Of a stretch of DNA of 64,000 bases, positions 58,231 to 64,000 are shown piece after piece. The first letter of the stretch is position 1. Each line of letters starts with the position of its first letter. The stretch is from the NCBI GenBank assembly GCA_963827235.1, contig CAWHAE010000016.1, positions 704,001-768,000 on the forward strand, given 5' to 3'. This DNA comes from an uncultured bacterium. GTDB taxonomy: Bacteria; Chloroflexota; UBA5177; JANWHV01. The position numbers were made by a program, and so were the translations under genes. Below the pieces are notes generated by a model. It made no database searches and was not told the DNA's origin. It saw nothing but the letters and a program-made list of their open reading frames with translations.

Positions 58231-58824
58231 GCACCACTAAAGTCTCACGGCCGGGAACGGCAGCCTAACGGACTTCTGCTGGCCACGCCCGAACCGGGGC
58301 CGCGCCAGCCGGGACACTGTCCACTATACTTGCCATGCTTCCGGACGGTCAAAAGCCCAGCTCAGCGCCTGCTGCCGAAGCACTCAAGCAGGCCGATGCG
58401 CGTGTCGTGCCGGCGAGCCTATTGGGCATCCAGCCGCCGTGGTCGGCGCCGAAGAGCCACCGGTCCGGCAGGGCGATCCAGCGGCGGACACGCACCGCGA
58501 GCGACCGGCCGCTGTGCCTTGAAACCGCCCTTTGGGGCAGGGGCCCAAATGGGGTACTCTTGGACATGAGCCGGCCCTACTGCTGAGCTTCCAATGGCGG
58601 ACGTGGCATCTGGAAGGCGCCATGCCGGGGTCACCTCGCACCTGGGCGTCTGGCGGGTTTGCGCGCCTAGGCCGGGCACGTGATGGAAGCCCTGCACGCC
58701 GAGCAGCACACCCAGACAGGTAGTGAACTGGAGCAGCGTGAAGCGATGAGATAGAGCGCGACACCGCGCATGTGCCATCCCAGCAGGGAGATTCAGAGCA
58801 GCGAGGTCCGGAGGAAGAGCAGCG

Positions 58825-59940
58825 ATGAGATGTGAGTACTGCACGAAGGACGTTCCAGACGGCCTGTTCTGCACCTGGTGCGGACGCAAACAGGTGGAGG
58901 ACACGTCGCGGTATGCGCACTATGCGGCACACCCTGGAGAACACGTCTTTCACCCCGGCGTGTTGACGACACTGTTTCCTCATCTGGCACATCACAAGAT
59001 CAACGAGTTTCGTTGGGCGCTCATCGCAGGCGTCGCGTGCGTGCTCCTGCTCGACCTGGCCGGGCTTGTTGCCGCCGCGCTGCTGTGCGCTGCCTTTCTC
59101 GTACCGATCATCTACCTCATCTACCTCTACGAGGCGCAAGTCTACCGCGATGAGCCTGCTACCGTGCTGGGCTTCACGATTGGCGGCGGTGTCGTGCTCG
59201 GCATCGTGGTCACGCTCGTGGTCAAAGCCACGACCGGGCAGGTGGCCTTGCGGACGATTTACGGCGACGACACTGCCGACCTGCTGACGCTCTGCCTGTT
59301 GGTTCCGCTCGTGCAGGAGGTGCTCAAGCCATTGCCGGCCCTGGCGATCAAGGCACTGGGCGGCTTTCCCGAACGCGTCGACGGGCTCGTCTTCGGCGTC
59401 GCGGCCGGTCTCGGCTTCGCCATCGCAGAGTCCGTAATCAGGTTCTCGACCGTGCTGAGCGACATGCCCTTGCATTCCGAGCCGGGCAACTGGACCTACA
59501 CACTGATTACCGTGGCGATCCTGCTACCCATCCTGCATGGCAGCGCGACGGGCGCCATCGCGGGTGCCTTGTGGCGTGTGAAAGGAGGCGCGCTCGGCTT
59601 GCGGACCTGGGGCATCCTTGCTCTGGCCGCCGCCGCCCACGTGGGCTTCGTGCTCGGCAGCCAGATGCTCAACGATCGAAAGTTCTCGCAGCTCATGATT
59701 CTAGCATGGCAGACTCTCATCGTGGGAGCGCTCCTGATGGTGATCAGGTACATGTTGCACGAATCGCTGCTGGAGGAAAGCGTCGATATGGGCTTCGAGC
59801 AGAGAGTGTGCCCGAACTGTCACCATCACATCTTCGCCGCGCGCTTCTGTCCTCGATGCGGTAAGGCCATGGCGGCGGCGCGGCGCGCCAACGTACAGGC
59901 GCAGGCAGCCGTGCCGGCAAGCGACATGGAGGTGCTGTAG
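58825..59940 (+). CDS. PrsW-family intramembrane protease homologue with N- and C-terminal zinc ribbons
   Basis: CEYC..CTWC; QEVLK (for EExxK), DGLVFG..GFAIAE, LHGSATG, AAHVG; CPNC..CPRC. Confidence 0.8.
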   Translation: MRCEYCTKDVPDGLFCTWCGRKQVEDTSRYAHYAAHPGEHVFHPGVLTTLFPHLAHHKINEFRWALIAGVACVLLLDLAGLVAAALLCAAFLVPIIYLIYLYEAQVYRDEPATVLGFTIGGGVVLGIVVTLVVKATTGQVALRTIYGDDTADLLTLCLLVPLVQEVLKPLPALAIKALGGFPERVDGLVFGVAAGLGFAIAESVIRFSTVLSDMPLHSEPGNWTYTLITVAILLPILHGSATGAIAGALWRVKGGALGLRTWGILALAAAAHVGFVLGSQMLNDRKFSQLMILAWQTLIVGALLMVIRYMLHESLLEESVDMGFEQRVCPNCHHHIFAARFCPRCGKAMAAARRANVQAQAAVPASDMEVL

Positions 59941-60996
59941 ATGATCGGCACGTGTCCGCGCTGCGGCGCACCCAACCAGCATGGCGTGTTCTGTCAACAG
60001 TGCGGCGCCTCGCTTGCCGCGACCGGCTCACCGGCTCCCGGTGCAGGCGTTCCTGACGGCACCCCTCTCGCCGGCCAGGCAGTTCCGCCCGGCTACCAGC
60101 CTCCGGCGTACGGCGCCACGGCTTCTGGGGCCGTGCAGAGGTATTCGGGCGCCCAACCAGCGCACCGCTTACCGCTCGCATCGATTCTGGGTGTGACGAT
60201 CGGCCTGCTCGGGGTGATCGCCGCCGTCGCCATCGTGTTCGGGCATCATGGGAGCAACGCCCAGCCTCCGTACACGCCTCTCTCCACGGTCGCTCCCACG
60301 GCTACAGCTGTCCCGTCCAGTGCCGCGGTTGTCCAGGCGACCAGCACCGTTACCGCTCAACCCACGAGCGCCACGCAGCCCACCCAGGCAGGGGTCGTGC
60401 CGACCCAGTCGGGCACCATGCCGACGTCGGCCGCAGCGGCGACCGCTACACCGTTCGTCCAGGCGACCCAGGCTGGCGTCATACCGACGCAGGCGGGAGT
60501 GGTGCCGACGCAGGCGAGCCAGGGATCTACCCAAACTCTGACCACCACCACGTTCACGCTGCAGGTACCCACCAGCTGGCAGACCGTCAACCAGAAGACC
60601 GGGCAGACTCAGAACGAGGTCGTGCTCGAGGATCCCAGCACTTCGCCCGATGCGGTGGACATCTACGCCGGGCAAGCCGCGACGACCACCACCGCGCAGA
60701 CTGCTCTGCAAGAGGTGCTCTCAAACCTTCAGCAGCAGTACGCCGACGCCAAGGTCTGCGGTAACTCGCAGCAATCGAGCATCGGCGGTGTAGTCGGCAC
60801 GGTCGTGCCGATTTGCTTCACCTTCACGCCGCAAGGCGGATCGGCCCTCAGTGCGGTCGACGTTGCCTGGGCAGGCACCGACCAGAGCGGAAGTTACGTC
60901 TATCTGGTGGGTATGATGGCGGGGGAGTCCAACCAGACATTCTTCACCAACGCTTCGGCAGTGCTGCAGACGTTGCAATGGGGTGGAGGCCAGTAA
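59941..60996 (+). CDS. Zinc ribbon + single TM + T/P/Q-rich linker + PsbP/DcrB-like ectodomain protein
   Basis: CPRC..CQQC; TM ILGVTIGLLGVIAAVAIVF; FTLQVPTSW; two ectodomain Cys. Confidence 0.75.
   Translation: MIGTCPRCGAPNQHGVFCQQCGASLAATGSPAPGAGVPDGTPLAGQAVPPGYQPPAYGATASGAVQRYSGAQPAHRLPLASILGVTIGLLGVIAAVAIVFGHHGSNAQPPYTPLSTVAPTATAVPSSAAVVQATSTVTAQPTSATQPTQAGVVPTQSGTMPTSAAAATATPFVQATQAGVIPTQAGVVPTQASQGSTQTLTTTTFTLQVPTSWQTVNQKTGQTQNEVVLEDPSTSPDAVDIYAGQAATTTTAQTALQEVLSNLQQQYADAKVCGNSQQSSIGGVVGTVVPICFTFTPQGGSALSAVDVAWAGTDQSGSYVYLVGMMAGESNQTFFTNASAVLQTLQWGGGQ
60382..60516 (+). repeat. Intragenic repeats encoding TQAGV(V/I)P (three copies)
   Basis: One copy at 60382 and two tandem copies from 60466. 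Confidence 0.7.
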
Positions 60997-62744
60997 TGCC
61001 CGGACTAACCTTCGGAGCACGTGGTGCCGGTGGGATACTCGTGCTCGCGCTTCTCCTTGGCCAGTTGCCGGTCCACGGCGGTCGGGCAGCAGTCTCCCAT
61101 CCGCCAAGCTCGTCCGACCCAGGTACCTTCATGATTGTCCAGTCGGCAGACCTGGGCCCGGTTGCACCCGGCACGCCGATCGAGATCTTGCTGATCGTGA
61201 GGAACCCCGCGCGTGCCAAGCAGGCAGCGGATATCGCGGCCATGTACTCACCCAGATCTCGCAGCTTCGGGCACATGCTCACCGCCAAGCAGGTCGCTGA
61301 GCGTTACGGTCCATCGCCGCGGATGGTGGGGCAGCTGATCGCCATCCTGCGCAGGCTGGGCTTGTCGGCGAGCTGGCAGGCGGGAAACGACTGGATCATG
61401 GCCACGGGACCTGCCAGCCGCATGGAGAGCGCGTTCCACGTGCGAGTAGCGTGGTATAGGTCGCCGCACGGAACACGCTATTATGCCGGCGACCGCGATC
61501 CGGTGCTACCCAGCGCACTGACGTCGTTCGTGCAGGAAGCAGGCCGCATTTCGAGCTATTTCGAGCCCTCCACGTATGCCGTGCCGTCGGGCGGTCTCGC
61601 CCCCAGTGACCTGCTGGGCGCCTACGACATCGCGCCGCTGCGCAAGCTGGGCCTGGACGGCAGCGGCGAGACGGTGGTGTTCTTCGAGTCGGACGGCTAC
61701 TCCGCACAGGACATGAGTACCTTTACGACCAAGTTCAACCTGCCCGCGATTCAGCCCGTGATCAAGGCAGGACCGACTTTCGACCCTGGTGGTGAGACGG
61801 AAATGGACCTGGAGGTCGTGCACGAGATTGCCCCGGCGGCCAAGCTGGTCCTCTACAACATGGACGTCAAAGCGGCTGCGCAGAGCGCCAAGTCGACCGC
61901 GGATGTGCTCAATGCATTGCTCACCATGCAGACCCAGATGGTGAACGAGAATCCCGGAGCCATCCTCAGCCAGAGTTGGGGAACCTGCGAGAAGCCCTTC
62001 GGCCAGGCGCTGGCCGATGCCTTCGCCAAGCTGTACGACACCGCCGATTCGCTGCACGAGACCAGCTTCGTCTCCACCGGCGACAACGCCGCCTACGAGT
62101 GCCTTCGCATTTCGAATCGCGGCACTGCGCCCTCGGCCGACGTGCTCAGCATACCTATCCCGGCCTCCCTGCCCGGCACCACCGCAGTGGGCGGGACGCG
62201 GCTCAGCGTCAGCAGCAATCAGGGCTGGTACGACGAGACGGTCTGGGAGGATCCAGTCGAGACAAACGGGACGGGAGGCGGCGTTTCGCTGTACTTCTCG
62301 CGGCCGTCCTGGCAGCAAGGACCAGGCGTGTCGGATCCGCAGCTCAACCCTCACAACATGCGGTCGGTCCCGGATGTCTCGGCGGATGCCGATCCGATGA
62401 GCGGCGTGGCTATCTACTCGACCGACGGCAAGGGAGGGGGAGCCTGGTCCACCGGAGGCGGCACGAGCCAGTCGGCGCCTATTTGGGCGGGAATCGCGGC
62501 TCTTCTTAACCAGTATCTGAAGCAGAAGAGCCTGCCGCCGCTGGGATTCCTCAATCCTGCCCTCTACAAGATCGCGGCGAGCCCGAGCTCCTACCCTGAG
62601 ATAGCCTTTCACGACGTGACGCAAGGCAACAACCTCTATTACCCGGCGACCACGGGCTACGACATGGCAACCGGCCTTGGCACGCCTGACGCCTGGAACC
62701 TCGCTCAGGACCTGGTGGTCTATGACCAAGGAGGTGGGCAGTGA
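60996..62744 (+). CDS. Secreted S53 (sedolisin/kumamolisin) protease with activation prodomain
   Basis: Signal peptide, prodomain, GETEMDLE (E,D), TGDNAA oxyanion Asp, GGTSQSAP Ser, Ca-site GYDMATGLGTP; TAATG coupling. Confidence 0.92.
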   Translation: MPGLTFGARGAGGILVLALLLGQLPVHGGRAAVSHPPSSSDPGTFMIVQSADLGPVAPGTPIEILLIVRNPARAKQAADIAAMYSPRSRSFGHMLTAKQVAERYGPSPRMVGQLIAILRRLGLSASWQAGNDWIMATGPASRMESAFHVRVAWYRSPHGTRYYAGDRDPVLPSALTSFVQEAGRISSYFEPSTYAVPSGGLAPSDLLGAYDIAPLRKLGLDGSGETVVFFESDGYSAQDMSTFTTKFNLPAIQPVIKAGPTFDPGGETEMDLEVVHEIAPAAKLVLYNMDVKAAAQSAKSTADVLNALLTMQTQMVNENPGAILSQSWGTCEKPFGQALADAFAKLYDTADSLHETSFVSTGDNAAYECLRISNRGTAPSADVLSIPIPASLPGTTAVGGTRLSVSSNQGWYDETVWEDPVETNGTGGGVSLYFSRPSWQQGPGVSDPQLNPHNMRSVPDVSADADPMSGVAIYSTDGKGGGAWSTGGGTSQSAPIWAGIAALLNQYLKQKSLPPLGFLNPALYKIAASPSSYPEIAFHDVTQGNNLYYPATTGYDMATGLGTPDAWNLAQDLVVYDQGGGQ

Positions 62745-63916
62745 ACGAAGAAACGCCTGTCGCGGCTCCGCCTCTCGTGACCTGCCCGGTGTGCGGGCGC
62801 GAGGTGCCAAACGGAGCGTATTGCGGCGCCTGTGGTGCGCACCTGGCCAGCGAGATTGGCAACACCCTGCACCGCCATCACGCCTACGCGGCCAATCCGT
62901 CACAGCACATCCTCCATCCTAGCTTGGTGACCACGCTCTTCCCGCATCTGCCGCATCGTCACAGGCTGCCGTTTCAGGTCGCCTTCGGCGTGACGGCGCT
63001 AGCCCTGATCGTTCTCGGCCTGTTGCGGTGGACCGGTCCTGCCATTGCGCTGGCAGCCCTGGCCGTGCCGTTGATCTACCTGCTTCAGCTCTATGAGGTG
63101 GAGGTGTACGAAGACGAGCCGGCCTTGGTCATCGGCGTGACCGTGCTCGTCGGGGTCGTATTGGGCGCCGTGTGGGCGCACTATACCGGCCCAACCATAA
63201 CGAGGATTCTGCTAGAAGACAACACGCTCGGCACCACGGCGGGCCGGCTCTGGGAGGGGGGCGTGCTCCTGCCATTGGCATCGCAGGTGCTGATGCTTGC
63301 CGGAGGCCTTGCACTCTACTTTCGACGACGCTACGACGAAGCGCTCGACGGCTTCACCTTTGGCGTGGCCGGGGCACTGGGATTCTCTGCTGCCAGCACC
63401 ATCGTCAACCTCTGGCCCGGGCTCAATCAGGGACTGACTTCCAGCATGCCGCAAACGGACAGCGTGCTCGACGCTCTCCAGCGCGGCGTGCTCACGCCGT
63501 TCGTCAACGCGAGCCTGGCCGGCCTCGTCTGCGGCGCCCTGTGGCTCAGCCGAGGCCCAACTCGCCGGCTGCCGCATCATTGGCTGGTGGCCGGTGTGCT
63601 TCCCGCGATCGCGGTCATGGTCGTAACCCGCGTGCTGCTGGGCTTGGAGTCGGTCATCTTCCTGGATGCGCTGACGGCAACAGCGGCGAGCGGCGCCGCT
63701 ACTATACTACTGGTCGTCTGGGTGCGCGTTGCGCTGCACTACACCTTGCTTTCGGAGGCCGTCGAGGTTCCGATCGGGCCCGATGGGCCGTGTTCGCACT
63801 GTCACCGTGTTGTGCCACGCATGGCATTCTGCCCGAACTGCGGCATCGCCACGCGAGCCACGCCGAAGTCCGGTGCCGGCCGCGTCAATCGAGCAGTGAG
63901 ACAAGGGGCTGCGTAG
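62741..63916 (+). CDS. Second PrsW-like protein with zinc ribbons at both ends; catalytic motifs lost
   Basis: CPVC..CGAC; SQVLM, DGFTFG..GFSAAS, VNASLAG, TRVLL at the motif positions; CSHC..CPNC. Confidence 0.75.
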   Translation: MNEETPVAAPPLVTCPVCGREVPNGAYCGACGAHLASEIGNTLHRHHAYAANPSQHILHPSLVTTLFPHLPHRHRLPFQVAFGVTALALIVLGLLRWTGPAIALAALAVPLIYLLQLYEVEVYEDEPALVIGVTVLVGVVLGAVWAHYTGPTITRILLEDNTLGTTAGRLWEGGVLLPLASQVLMLAGGLALYFRRRYDEALDGFTFGVAGALGFSAASTIVNLWPGLNQGLTSSMPQTDSVLDALQRGVLTPFVNASLAGLVCGALWLSRGPTRRLPHHWLVAGVLPAIAVMVVTRVLLGLESVIFLDALTATAASGAATILLVVWVRVALHYTLLSEAVEVPIGPDGPCSHCHRVVPRMAFCPNCGIATRATPKSGAGRVNRAVRQGAA

Positions 63917-63917
63917 A

Positions 63918-64000
63918 ATGGCTGGCCAGATATGCGCCCAGTGTGGCGGAGTAAACGAGGCGTCCGTTCGATTCTGCGGCCATTGTGGAGCCCAACTGCC
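63918..64000 (+). CDS. Start of a further zinc-ribbon protein (truncated by the window edge)
   Basis: ATG 63918: MAGQICAQCGGVNEASVRFCGHCGAQL..., 1 nt after the previous stop. Confidence 0.75.
   Translation, partial: MAGQICAQCGGVNEASVRFCGHCGAQL

Noticed and set aside
58683-58754. 23-aa leader peptide (MEALHAEQ...) before the PrsW operon
   Set aside because: No RBS, attenuator or biased codon run

Overview
GC-rich bacterial chromosomal window. Proline/threonine-rich secreted proteins, a ClbS/DfsB-like protein and a PspA-PspAA fusion suggest a monoderm soil lineage such as Chloroflexota; this is inference only. I saw no rRNA, tRNA, CRISPR array or intact mobile element. Most genes are housekeeping or carbohydrate/redox related: phosphoketolase, glgX, three-subunit transhydrogenase pntAA/AB/B, araA, nrtR-nadBCA, greA, metH, three aldo-keto reductases, GH38 and GH13 hydrolases. 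Two TetR-MMPL/RND modules flank an N-terminally truncated chemoreceptor. There are several gene remnants (HTH-PAS-kinase, half ABC permease, HATPase tail) and several readable operator/promoters (35-bp perfect palindrome at 13201, NrtR site, TipA/Mta-type MerR promoter, back-to-back MarR promoter with a probably leaderless mRNA). The best candidate for an undescribed system is the translationally coupled operon from 58825 to the window end. It encodes two paralogous zinc-ribbon-flanked PrsW-like membrane proteins (one with an altered and one with an erased catalytic site), an anti-sigma-like zinc-ribbon/TM/ectodomain protein, an intact secreted S53 sedolisin, and a further zinc-ribbon protein cut off by the edge. 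All family calls come from reading motifs by eye; no searches were run.
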